Assembly: GCA_902513955.1 (NCBI GenBank)
Contig: CABXOW010000001.1
Span: forward strand, 44,278-108,277
Source of the DNA: an uncultured Pelagibacteraceae bacterium
GTDB lineage: Bacteria; Pseudomonadota; Alphaproteobacteria; Pelagibacterales; Pelagibacteraceae
Length of the DNA: 64,000 nt
Direction: 5' to 3'
A program made the translations under genes and the position numbers. Positions 48,339-57,450 of this stretch are shown piece by piece. Within the stretch, counting starts at the first letter, position 1; the number at the start of each line of letters is the position of its first letter. The notes beneath the pieces are model-generated. The model searched no databases. It worked only from the letters and a program-made list of their open reading frames with translations, and was not told the DNA's origin.

Positions 48339-48929
48339 ATGAAAAATATTAAACCATTTGGTCCTTCTATTGGAAAAACTAAAATTTCAAAAAAATTTTC
48401 TGATAAATTAAACAATGAATTTGATAATAAATCTAATGTAAAAAAAGTTGATTATAGTTCAAAATTAGCAAGTCAAATTAAAAATGAGTTAAAAATTTCA
48501 GACAATTTTATTAAAAAAAATTTAGAAAAAGAACTAAAAAAAAGTATTAATAAATTTTTATCTAACGAAAAAATTAATAACATTAAAGAAATTAAAATTC
48601 TAAATCTTTGGGTAGTTCGTCAATTTAAAGGTGAATACAACCCTATTCATTACCATGAAGGAGATTTATCAGGTGTTGGCTATTTAAAATTACCAAAAGG
48701 TATGACTAATAATAAAATGGTAAAAAATAAGAAGTTGAAAACAAATGGAACAATTGATTTCATAAATGGACAAAAGGGATTTTTAAGTAAAAGTATTTAT
48801 AACGTGGCACCAAATCTTAGAGATTTATTAATTTTTCCAAATTATTTAATGCATACTGCTTACCCTTTTAATATTGAGGGAGAGCGTAGATCTTTTTCTT
48901 TCAATGCAAAAATTATCTTAAAAAAATAA
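48339..48929 (+). CDS. Putative Fe(II)/2OG oxygenase (TIGR02466-like)
   Basis: W.V......YNPIHYH, LSGV.Y, FP..L.H...PF, RRSFSFN motifs. Confidence 0.72.
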   Translation: MKNIKPFGPSIGKTKISKKFSDKLNNEFDNKSNVKKVDYSSKLASQIKNELKISDNFIKKNLEKELKKSINKFLSNEKINNIKEIKILNLWVVRQFKGEYNPIHYHEGDLSGVGYLKLPKGMTNNKMVKNKKLKTNGTIDFINGQKGFLSKSIYNVAPNLRDLLIFPNYLMHTAYPFNIEGERRSFSFNAKIILKK

Positions 48930-48962
48930 TTTACAATTAATCAATAAAGTTTTATAAAGTAA

Positions 48963-49005
48963 TTGCCGATTTGATCCAATTGCGGGCATTAACTGCTAAA
49001 AAGGA
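48963..49005 (+). ncRNA. SAM-II riboswitch aptamer
   Basis: TGCC-GATTTGATCCAATTGCG-GGCA...GCTAAAAAGGA fits the SAM-II consensus, with P1 and a TCC/GGA pseudoknot. Confidence 0.85.
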
Positions 49006-49029
49006 AATTCCCACATAAAATCAATAAGC

Positions 49030-49088
49030 AAGGTAGTTGAACTATATTGTGCACCTAGCATATTGCTAAAGCACTAAAAAAGTAAGGA
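49030..49088 (+). ncRNA. SAM-V riboswitch aptamer adjoining the RBS
   Basis: AGGT-AGTTGAACTATATTGTGC-ACCT, a TAGCA/TGCTA hairpin, then AAGCACTAAAAAAGT-AAGGA. Fits the SAM-V consensus and ends 5 nt before the ATG. Confidence 0.87.
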
Positions 49089-49093
49089 ATAAA

Positions 49094-49999
49094 ATGGACT
49101 TAAATTTTTTCAAACAAACAAGAATATTAGATGGTGGAATGGGTCAAGAACTTCTGGCAAGAGGTATGCAACCTTATGGTACTATATGGAGTGCTAATGC
49201 AATCTTAAATGAAAATTATCATCAGTTATTATTAGATACCCATAGAGATTTTGTAAAAGCAGGGGCTGAAGTAATAGTAACTACTACCTTCACAACGCGA
49301 AGAAAAAGATTAAAAGAAAATAACATTGAAAATAAATTTGAATATTTGAATAAAAAAGCAGGTGAAATTGCAAATCAATTAAAAAAAGAATTTCCAAATT
49401 TACTTATAGCAGGGGGTTTGCCTCCCCAAGAATTAACTTATGAAGCAGATGAAAAAAATGAAGAAGAAATCACTAAAACTTTTAATGAACAAGCTAAATT
49501 GTTAAACCCATATATTGATTTTTTTTATTTTGATGTGTGGAGCAGTATTAAAGAATTTAAATGTGGAATTGAAGCAATTAAGGAATTCAAAAAACCATAT
49601 TTAATTGGAATACATATATCAGAAGGAACAGCTTTACCAAGTGGAGAAAAGATTTCAGATATTAAAAGAATACTCGATGATCAATTGCTAGGTGTAATGC
49701 TTTCTTGTGTTTCACCTGAAAATTATGAAAATAATTTAAAAGAATTAAAAGATTTAAATGTACCATTTGGTTTTAAATTAAATGGTTTTATGACAACAAA
49801 ACCAAAAAAAGGATATACATCATCTTTTTTTAAAAATTCAGGCGGAAACCCCAATGAATTTCTTGGTAAAAGACATGATCTTACACCAGATAAAATAGGA
49901 AAAATTGCTAAAAAGTTTAAAGATAGCGGAGCAACAATATTGGGTGGTTGTTGTGAAACAAGACCTTCACATATTGAAGCAATTGCAAAAATTAAGTAA
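49094..49999 (+). CDS. Homocysteine S-methyltransferase family (MmuM/BhmT-like)
   Basis: LDGGMG, WSA, AGAEVI, zinc ligands SC and GGCC; preceded by SAM riboswitches. Confidence 0.9.
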   Translation: MDLNFFKQTRILDGGMGQELLARGMQPYGTIWSANAILNENYHQLLLDTHRDFVKAGAEVIVTTTFTTRRKRLKENNIENKFEYLNKKAGEIANQLKKEFPNLLIAGGLPPQELTYEADEKNEEEITKTFNEQAKLLNPYIDFFYFDVWSSIKEFKCGIEAIKEFKKPYLIGIHISEGTALPSGEKISDIKRILDDQLLGVMLSCVSPENYENNLKELKDLNVPFGFKLNGFMTTKPKKGYTSSFFKNSGGNPNEFLGKRHDLTPDKIGKIAKKFKDSGATILGGCCETRPSHIEAIAKIK

Positions 50000-50879
50000 C
50001 ATTTTTATAATCTGCTTTTCTTGCTAAATATATTCCAATAAATACTGCAATTAATGCAACTATAATTTTTGAAGTAATTATTTCATTGAGAAATATATAT
50101 CCTAAAATAATTCCAAATATTGGAATGATATATGAAACTTGTGAATGAAAAATAAGTCCATTAGTTTTTAAAATCTTAAATCTCAACAACCATGCTATAC
50201 CGGTAGGAAATATTCCTAAATAAATTACAGACAAGATAGAGTCCATTGAAGGATTAAGCTGCCAAGGTTTTTCAAAAATTAAAGTTAACGGAAAAAGCAT
50301 AATCGTTGCCCAAATTAAAATCGAACCGGTAACATTTTCATTTTTTTTATTACTTATTTTTAAAGTTATTACTCCTCCAATCACATAACAAGTTGATCCT
50401 AGTAGAATTAAAAGTGCAGCTATAAAGTTATTTTCATTAATTAAAAAGTTATCTGAAAATAAAAATACTATTCCTGAAAAACCTATTAATAAACCAATTG
50501 TTTTTAATAGATTAAATTTTTCTCCTTTTAAAAAAAAGTGAGCTAAAACAGTTGAACTTAGTGGTGTTGTAGACATTAAAATAGCTGCCAAATTACTTTG
50601 AACAAATTTCACTCCATATGATATTAACATAAATGGAATAACTAAATTTACCAATCCTATAACTGCAAACCATTTCCAATCTTTTGAAAAGGCTTCAATT
50701 TTTATCTTTTTAAAATAACATAATAATAAAACTGGAAATGCTCCAAAAAAAACTCTCAAAAAAGCAATAGTTACAGGTCCAAATGAATATGTTGCAATTT
50801 TAATATTAAAAAAAGCTGAAGCCCATATTAATGACAATAATGTTAATAACAAGTAATCAGTTATTTTTGGTTTTCTCAT
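49992..50879 (-). CDS. DMT/EamA family transporter
   Basis: LIWAS.F, P...AFLR; about 10 TM segments. Confidence 0.88.
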   Translation of the reverse strand: MRKPKITDYLLLTLLSLIWASAFFNIKIATYSFGPVTIAFLRVFFGAFPVLLLCYFKKIKIEAFSKDWKWFAVIGLVNLVIPFMLISYGVKFVQSNLAAILMSTTPLSSTVLAHFFLKGEKFNLLKTIGLLIGFSGIVFLFSDNFLINENNFIAALLILLGSTCYVIGGVITLKISNKKNENVTGSILIWATIMLFPLTLIFEKPWQLNPSMDSILSVIYLGIFPTGIAWLLRFKILKTNGLIFHSQVSYIIPIFGIILGYIFLNEIITSKIIVALIAVFIGIYLARKADYKNVT

Positions 50880-51358
50880 TCTGTTATTTCTTTTACTTCA
50901 CCTGAAGTTAATGCTTTTAAATTTTCAAAGTCTATTTCAAAAACTGCGTTAGGATGTCCTGCAGCTGCAAATACAGATGTAAAATTTTTTAAATTTTTAT
51001 CAATAAAGATTTTTGTTTTCACTAAGTGACCGGTTGGTGATACTCCACCAATTGTATAACCGGTAATTTTTTTAACCTCCTCTGGATTAGCCATCGAAAT
51101 ATCTTTTTCATCTAAGATTTTTTTAAGTTTATTTAATGAACACCTTTTATCTCCAGATACTAAACAAAGAACAAAACTATTTCCGGCACTAAAAAGCAAA
51201 CTTTTAACAATTGCTCCTACATTGCAACCTAAAGCTGTAGCTGCATCCTGAGCTGTCCTAGCTGTTTGCTCCAAACATAAGATTTTAAGGTTTTCATCAA
51301 ATTCTTTAATTGATTTTTCCGCTCTTTTAACAGGTTCTTTATTGAGTATTGAATTCAC
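50876..51358 (-). CDS. YbaK/EbsC aminoacyl-tRNA deacylase family
   Basis: TAQDAA, IVKSL, TGYTIGGVSP, AAGHP. Start codon is GTG. Confidence 0.88.
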   Translation of the reverse strand: MNSILNKEPVKRAEKSIKEFDENLKILCLEQTARTAQDAATALGCNVGAIVKSLLFSAGNSFVLCLVSGDKRCSLNKLKKILDEKDISMANPEEVKKITGYTIGGVSPTGHLVKTKIFIDKNLKNFTSVFAAAGHPNAVFEIDFENLKALTSGEVKEITE

Positions 51359-51498
51359 TAGTTTTAATATATTGATTAAATATTATTGCATAAATACACC
51401 ACTTATGTGAAAATTGCATAGGTGTTATTTATTAAATAAGCAATATTTTTCGTGATTATTTTGTTAATTACCACTAATAAAATTATATAGGAGACAAA

Positions 51499-52905
51499 AT
51501 GAGCGCAGCAAATGTTTTAAAATTTATAAAAGATAAAGAGGCAGAATTTGTGGATCTTAGGTTCACAGACCCGAGAGGTAAACTACAACATTTGACAATG
51601 GATGCAACTATTGTTGATGATGAAATGCTTGACGATGGTGTGTTCTTTGATGGATCTTCGATAGCCGGTTGGAAAGCTATTAACGAGTCTGACATGATTT
51701 TAAAACCAGACACTTCAAGAATGATCATGGATCCATTTACATCTCATAATACTGTTGTTCTATTTTGTGATATTTTAGATGCTGTAAAAAAATCTCCTTA
51801 CGAAAGAGACCCTAGAGGAACTGCTAAAAAAGCTGAAGAGTATTTAAAATCATCAGGTATTGGCGATAAAGCATTTTTTGGTCCAGAACCTGAATTTTTT
51901 GTTTTTGACGATGTAAGAATAAGTAATGATCCAAATAATACTGGATTTGTTTTAGATAGTAAAGAAGGCCCATATAACTCTGGAAAAGTTTATGAAAATG
52001 GAAACATGGGTCATAGACCTCCAGTAAAAGGAGGATATTTTCCTGTACCACCAGTTGATAGTGAACAAGATATGCGAGGAGAATACCTTAAGAATTTAAA
52101 AGAAGTTGGAATTAAAGTTGAAAAACATCATCATGAAGTTGCTCCAAGTCAACATGAACTTGGTATGTATTTTGGAACTTTAGTTGATCAAGCTGACAAC
52201 GTACAATTATATAAGTATGTGGTACAAATGGTTACGCATTCATTTGGCAAAACGGCAACATTCATGCCAAAACCTGTAGCTGGTGATAATGGATCGGGTA
52301 TGCACATTCACCAATCTATTTGGAAGGGTGATACACCAGTATTTTCTGGGGATGCTTATGCTGGCTTATCAGAAACTGCATTGCATTACATAGGTGGTAT
52401 TTTAAAACATGCTAAGGCAATAAATGCTTTTGCTAACTCTACAACAAATAGCTATAAAAGATTAATCCCAGGTTTTGAAGCTCCAGTTCTTCTTGCTTAT
52501 TCAGCAAGAAATAGATCTGCATCATGTCGTATACCAATTACTCTTAGTAAAAAAGGTGCGAGATGTGAAATAAGATTTCCTGATGCTTCAGGAAACCCTT
52601 ATCTAACTTTTGCTGCGATGCTAATGGCTGGACTTGATGGAATTAAAAATAAAATTCATCCAGGTGAGTCTTTTGATAAAGATTTATATGAATTACCGCC
52701 TGAAGAAGTTAGTGCTATTCCAACTGTATGTGGTTCATTAAGAGAGGCCATGGAAAGTTTAGACAAAGATAGAGAGTTTTTAACTCAAGGTGGTGTATTT
52801 ACTGATGATCAGATAGATGCTTACATTGCACTTAAGTTTGAAGAAATTCACAAATTTGAACATGCTCCTCATCCCGTTGAGTTTGAGATGTATTACAGTA
52901 GCTAG
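51499..52905 (+). CDS. glnA: Glutamine synthetase type I
   Basis: [34 protein letters not shown], adenylylation-site region KDLYEL; GGAG RBS. Confidence 0.97.
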   Translation: MSAANVLKFIKDKEAEFVDLRFTDPRGKLQHLTMDATIVDDEMLDDGVFFDGSSIAGWKAINESDMILKPDTSRMIMDPFTSHNTVVLFCDILDAVKKSPYERDPRGTAKKAEEYLKSSGIGDKAFFGPEPEFFVFDDVRISNDPNNTGFVLDSKEGPYNSGKVYENGNMGHRPPVKGGYFPVPPVDSEQDMRGEYLKNLKEVGIKVEKHHHEVAPSQHELGMYFGTLVDQADNVQLYKYVVQMVTHSFGKTATFMPKPVAGDNGSGMHIHQSIWKGDTPVFSGDAYAGLSETALHYIGGILKHAKAINAFANSTTNSYKRLIPGFEAPVLLAYSARNRSASCRIPITLSKKGARCEIRFPDASGNPYLTFAAMLMAGLDGIKNKIHPGESFDKDLYELPPEEVSAIPTVCGSLREAMESLDKDREFLTQGGVFTDDQIDAYIALKFEEIHKFEHAPHPVEFEMYYSS

Positions 52906-52912
52906 TTATTAA

Positions 52913-53083
52913 TTACTGTCTAGTTGTTGCAATTGTATCTTTGTTAACACCCTTTTTAACAACGTAGTCTTGTGTGCCGTTTGCACCAGTTTCTACTTCT
53001 TTTCGAAGATCTTTAAAAAAAGTTCTTTGTTTTAAAGAATTTTTAAGGTTTTTAACAAGATTTTTAAATTCAAATTTGTTCAT
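52913..53083 (-). CDS. Small 56-aa hypothetical protein missed by the ORF track
   Basis: Hand translation gives MNKFEFKNLVKNLKNSLKQRTFFKDLRKEVETGANGTQDYVVKKGVNKDTIATTRQ*. It fills the glnA-sufA gap and stops 7 nt from the glnA stop. Confidence 0.65.
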   Translation of the reverse strand: MNKFEFKNLVKNLKNSLKQRTFFKDLRKEVETGANGTQDYVVKKGVNKDTIATTRQ

Positions 53084-53149
53084 ACAGAATCTATATATTA
53101 GTTATGCATATAATGCAATACTGATATGCAAATATTGGGATAATATAAC

Positions 53150-53485
53150 TTACTCGATTTTAAAGGACTCTCCGCACCCACATCTTTCTGTTTCATTGGG
53201 GTTATTGAATACAAAAGATGAGGAAAGTTCCTCTTTTTTATAATCCATTTCAGTGCCAAGTAGATACATTATAGCAGATGAATCGACGAACACTTTAACT
53301 CCTTTTTCTTCAATAACCTCGTCGCTAGGATTAACTTCTTTAGTATATTCCATGACATAAGACATTCCAGCACAACCACCTGCTTTAACAGACACTCTTA
53401 CTCCAAGTGAGTCTTTTTCAGCACTAGACATTATTTCTTTAATTCTTAATGCTGCGTTGTCGCTTAATTTTATTATAGGGTTCAT
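53150..53485 (-). CDS. sufA: A-type Fe-S carrier (SufA/IscA)
   Basis: GGCAG and CGCGESF motifs. Confidence 0.92.
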   Translation of the reverse strand: MNPIIKLSDNAALRIKEIMSSAEKDSLGVRVSVKAGGCAGMSYVMEYTKEVNPSDEVIEEKGVKVFVDSSAIMYLLGTEMDYKKEELSSSFVFNNPNETERCGCGESFKIE

Positions 53486-53784
53486 TATAAATTTAATTCT
53501 AATTTCGCTGCTTCTGACATCATGTCTTTATTCCAAGGAGGATCCCAAACTAATTCAAGATCAACATCCTCTATTCCTTCCACTTGCATTGCACCTTCTT
53601 TTACTTCTTTTGGTAAACTTTCTGCTACCGGGCAATTTGGGGTAGTTAAAGTCATTTTAATTATAGCAAACTTTTCATCCTTTACTTTAATATCATAAAT
53701 TAAACCTAATTCGTAAATACTTACAGGTAATTCTGGATCATAAATTTTTCTAATTTCTTCAATTATTTCTTCTTTTTTAGACAT
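53485..53784 (-). CDS. DUF59/SufT-type Fe-S assembly protein
   Basis: DPE....IYELGLIY, TLTTPNCPVA, WDPPW motifs. Confidence 0.9.
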   Translation of the reverse strand: MSKKEEIIEEIRKIYDPELPVSIYELGLIYDIKVKDEKFAIIKMTLTTPNCPVAESLPKEVKEGAMQVEGIEDVDLELVWDPPWNKDMMSEAAKLELNL

Positions 53785-53789
53785 ATTTT

Positions 53790-54254
53790 TTAATTTTCTG
53801 TTTTAACCTCTTCCTCTTTTTCATCAAAAGCAGACACTAATGTGTGCCATGATAATGTTGCGCATTTAACTCTCATTGGATATTGTTTTACACCTGACAA
53901 ACACATTAATTTTGTTTTTTCATCTTCATGTAAATTTTCTGATTTAAGTTCAGGATTTTCTTTAATCATTCCTAAAAAATCTTCAACTATTTCTTTAGCT
54001 TCATTCTCATTTTTACCTTTGATTAAATCCGTCATAATAGATGCGGAAGCCATAGAGATAGCACAACCACTACCTTCAAAAGAAATATCTTCTACAATTC
54101 TCTGTCCATTAAGTTTTAAATAAACATGCACATTATCACCACACAAAGGGTTGTTACCTTTTGCATCTTTATTAAAGTCTTCTGTCTTGCGAAGATTTCT
54201 TGGATTTTTACCATGTTCTAATATTATTTCTTGATAAAGCTCTTTTAAATTCAT
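53790..54254 (-). CDS. sufU: SufU-type Fe-S assembly protein
   Basis: LYQEIILEH, NPLCGD, GCAIS.ASAS, RVKCATL motifs, with the SufU-type insertion. Confidence 0.88.
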   Translation of the reverse strand: MNLKELYQEIILEHGKNPRNLRKTEDFNKDAKGNNPLCGDNVHVYLKLNGQRIVEDISFEGSGCAISMASASIMTDLIKGKNENEAKEIVEDFLGMIKENPELKSENLHEDEKTKLMCLSGVKQYPMRVKCATLSWHTLVSAFDEKEEEVKTEN

Positions 54255-55471
54255 TATAAGTTAAATATTTTTTTACAGTTGTTTATTGAGTTGTTAAGTT
54301 GATCTAAATCTTCTTTAGTATTATATATTCCCACTGACGCTCTAGCACTAGCAAGAATGTTTAATTTGTCATGTAAAATTTGACAACAATGATGTCCTGC
54401 TCTTATTGCTACCCCATCTTCATCTAATATAGTTGCTATATCATGAGGGTGAACTCCTTCTATAGTAAATGATAATACTCCTCCTTTATTTTTTGGATTT
54501 CCTATAAGTTTAACTGAATTATTTTTCTTTAATAATTCTTGTCCATATTCAACTAAATCAGCTTCATGCCTCATTACGTTTTCTATACCAATACTCTCTA
54601 AAAATTTAATTGATTGGTCAAAAGCAATTACCTGCGCTGTTGCCATCGTTCCTGCCTCATACTTGTTGGGCAAATCACCATAGGAAATTCTATCTTTTTT
54701 AACTTCACTTATCATCCCTCCTCCACCTTGATAAGGTGGAAGCTCTTCGAGCCACTTTTTTTTACCATATAAAACTCCTAATCCAGTTGGTCCATACATT
54801 TTATGACAAGAAATAGCATAAAAATCACAATCTAAATCTTGCATATCCAGTTTTAAATGTGGTCCACCTTGACAACCATCTACTACTACAATTATGCCTT
54901 TTGAATGTGCAAGCTCAGTAATTTCTTTTACTGGTAAAATAGCACCAGTTACATTTGATAAATGAGTAATAGATATTAATTTTGTTTTTGGAGTTATTTT
55001 TTTTTCTATTTCTTCTAGTGTAATTTCACCATCTTCATTTATTTCAGCAAAATTAATTTTTATATTTTTTGATTTTCTTAAAAAATGCCATGGTACATAA
55101 TTTGAATGATGCTCAAGTTCTGTGATTAATACTTCGTCGCCTTCTTTAAAATAATTTTGACCTAATGTATTTGCAACTAAATTTAATGCTTCTGTTGCTC
55201 CTTTTGTAAAAACAATTTCGTTTTTGTCTTTAGCATTAATATATTTTTGTACAGATGTTCTTGTATTCTCATATAGATTAGTTGCAGCAACCGCAAGGTA
55301 ATGAACACTTCTACCGACATTTGAGAATTGTTTTGTATAAAATTCATTAATTCTATCTATAACAATTTTTGGTTTTTGAGATGAATTAGCACTATCTAAA
55401 TAAACTAAATCATTATTTTCAATTTTTTTATCGAAAATTGGAAATTCTTTTTTTATATTGTTAATATTCAT
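54254..55471 (-). CDS. sufS: Cysteine desulfurase (group II)
   Basis: YLDSA, EHHSN, SCHKMYGPTG, RAGHHC motifs. Confidence 0.93.
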   Translation of the reverse strand: MNINNIKKEFPIFDKKIENNDLVYLDSANSSQKPKIVIDRINEFYTKQFSNVGRSVHYLAVAATNLYENTRTSVQKYINAKDKNEIVFTKGATEALNLVANTLGQNYFKEGDEVLITELEHHSNYVPWHFLRKSKNIKINFAEINEDGEITLEEIEKKITPKTKLISITHLSNVTGAILPVKEITELAHSKGIIVVVDGCQGGPHLKLDMQDLDCDFYAISCHKMYGPTGLGVLYGKKKWLEELPPYQGGGGMISEVKKDRISYGDLPNKYEAGTMATAQVIAFDQSIKFLESIGIENVMRHEADLVEYGQELLKKNNSVKLIGNPKNKGGVLSFTIEGVHPHDIATILDEDGVAIRAGHHCCQILHDKLNILASARASVGIYNTKEDLDQLNNSINNCKKIFNL

Positions 55472-56715
55472 TCTTTAATTCCAATCATATTTTTAATTAA
55501 GTTTTTTATTTCTGAATCAGTTATTTTTTCTACTACATCTAATAAAAAACCATTAATTAATAACTCTCTTGATTGCTGATGACTTAAACCTCTAGTCATT
55601 AAATAAAATATAGACTCTTCATTTAAGCTACCTGATGCTGAGCCGTGTGAACACTTAACATCATCTGCATAAATTTCCAGTTCTGGCTTAGCATTGAACT
55701 CAGCCTCTTTATTTAATAATATTGCCTTACTCAATTGATATCCATCTGTTTTCTGTGCTTTTGAATTAACAAATATTTTTCCCTGGTACACGGCTTTAGA
55801 ACTTTCTTCTAAAACACTCTTAATTAATTGGTAGCTCTTTGTGTTTTCAGTTAAATGATTTATTGTTGTTCTGATTTCATGATGTTTATCATTCTTAAGA
55901 GAAAAAATACCATTAACAAAAGCAGATGAATATTCTCCTTTTAAATCACAATTAATTTCATTTTTAATAAAATTTGATCCTGAAGATAAAATAAATGTTT
56001 CTGAGATACTATTTTTATCTTGTTCAATATTATTAAAAAAATATTTAATATTTTTATTTTCAAATCTATCTACTTTATAATTTTTTAAAACTGCATTTTC
56101 TTTTAAATCAAAATTATAAAAAATATTTAAAAAATTTTTTTCAGAGGTATCTTTAAATAAGTCTATTACTTTTAGTGAGCTATCTTTATCTAGCTCAAAA
56201 TCTAATCTTAAATTTATATTTTTGGACCAAATTTTTGAGTTAGTTGTATGATAAATAATAAGGGGTTTTGCTAATTGATAACCCTTTTTTACCAATATTT
56301 TAAAGGATTTGTTGTTAAAGGCATTATTTAAATCAGATAAAGAATTATTATTATCAAATTTATTAATAGTCTCTGATTGATCAATTATTTCTATTTGGTC
56401 TTTTTTTTCATAATCAAAATCAATTTTTTCAATTCTATCGTTTATAAAAACTATTTTATTATGCTCTAGTCCGTCAACAAATACAGAGGTATCAACTTTG
56501 TTGGTAGATGAGTAATCGCTATAAAAACTTAATTCTCCAATATTTTTTTTTATAATTTGATTAAGGTCTGAGAATTTCCAATCTTCTTCCTTTTTATTAG
56601 GAAAACCTTTGTTCATAAAATTAGATAAGCAAAATTTTTTTATTTCAATATCTTTTTGAGATAAATTTAAATTTCTGATAATATTTTCGAAATCTTTTTG
56701 TAATTGTTCTTTCAT
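55468..56715 (-). CDS. sufD: Fe-S assembly protein SufD
   Basis: EDWKFS, KPELEIYADDVKCSHG, FYLMTRG motifs. Confidence 0.93.
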   Translation of the reverse strand: MKEQLQKDFENIIRNLNLSQKDIEIKKFCLSNFMNKGFPNKKEEDWKFSDLNQIIKKNIGELSFYSDYSSTNKVDTSVFVDGLEHNKIVFINDRIEKIDFDYEKKDQIEIIDQSETINKFDNNNSLSDLNNAFNNKSFKILVKKGYQLAKPLIIYHTTNSKIWSKNINLRLDFELDKDSSLKVIDLFKDTSEKNFLNIFYNFDLKENAVLKNYKVDRFENKNIKYFFNNIEQDKNSISETFILSSGSNFIKNEINCDLKGEYSSAFVNGIFSLKNDKHHEIRTTINHLTENTKSYQLIKSVLEESSKAVYQGKIFVNSKAQKTDGYQLSKAILLNKEAEFNAKPELEIYADDVKCSHGSASGSLNEESIFYLMTRGLSHQQSRELLINGFLLDVVEKITDSEIKNLIKNMIGIKE

Positions 56716-57450
56716 CTAATTATAATTTTCGTATCCTTTTTTTTCTAATTCTATAGCAAGATCTGGTCCTCCAGATTTGACAATTTTCCCATTCATTAAA
56801 ACATGTACAAAATCAGGTTTTATATAATCAAGTAACCTTTGATAGTGAGTAATGATTAAAAATGATTTTTTTTTATCTCTTAATGAGTTAACTCCGTCTG
56901 CAACTATCTTTAAAGCATCAATATCTAAACCTGAGTCAGTTTCGTCTAAAATTGATAATTTTGGAGATAACAATGACATTTGTAAAATTTCATTTTTCTT
57001 TTTTTCTCCACCTGAAAAACCTACATTTAATTGTCTATTTAATTTATCTTCATCAAATTTTAATTCTTTAGATTTCTTTTTAACTAATTTTAAAAATTCA
57101 ATTGCATCGAGTTCTTTTTCTCCTCTGGCTTTTTTTATTGCATTTAAAGAAGTTTTTAAAAAAATATTTGTATTTACTCCCGGGATCTCTAGAGGATATT
57201 GAAAAGCTAAAAATATTCCTTTATGTGCTCTTTCTTCGGTTTCAAGTTCAAATAAATCTTTTTCCTCAAAAAGAACCTCTCCTGAAACTTCATAACCTTT
57301 TTTTCCAGATAAAATATTTGATAATGTACTTTTTCCAGATCCATTAGGACCCATAATTGCGTGAACTTCACCAGGATTTATGTCTAATGACAATCCATTT
57401 AAAATAGACTTATTATCAATAGTTGCATTTAAATTATTTATTTTAAGCAT
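56716..57450 (-). CDS. sufC: Fe-S assembly ATPase SufC
   Basis: GPNGSGKS, FSGGEKK, DETDSGLD, ITHYQRLL motifs. Confidence 0.96.
   Translation of the reverse strand: MLKINNLNATIDNKSILNGLSLDINPGEVHAIMGPNGSGKSTLSNILSGKKGYEVSGEVLFEEKDLFELETEERAHKGIFLAFQYPLEIPGVNTNIFLKTSLNAIKKARGEKELDAIEFLKLVKKKSKELKFDEDKLNRQLNVGFSGGEKKKNEILQMSLLSPKLSILDETDSGLDIDALKIVADGVNSLRDKKKSFLIITHYQRLLDYIKPDFVHVLMNGKIVKSGGPDLAIELEKKGYENYN

Noticed and set aside
51386-51420. TTGCA elements as sigma-54 promoters for glnA
   Set aside because: There is no correctly spaced TGGCAC -24 element.
52974-53243. 89-aa + strand ORF after glnA
   Set aside because: It overlaps sufA antisense. The minus-strand 56-aa ORF fits the gap better.
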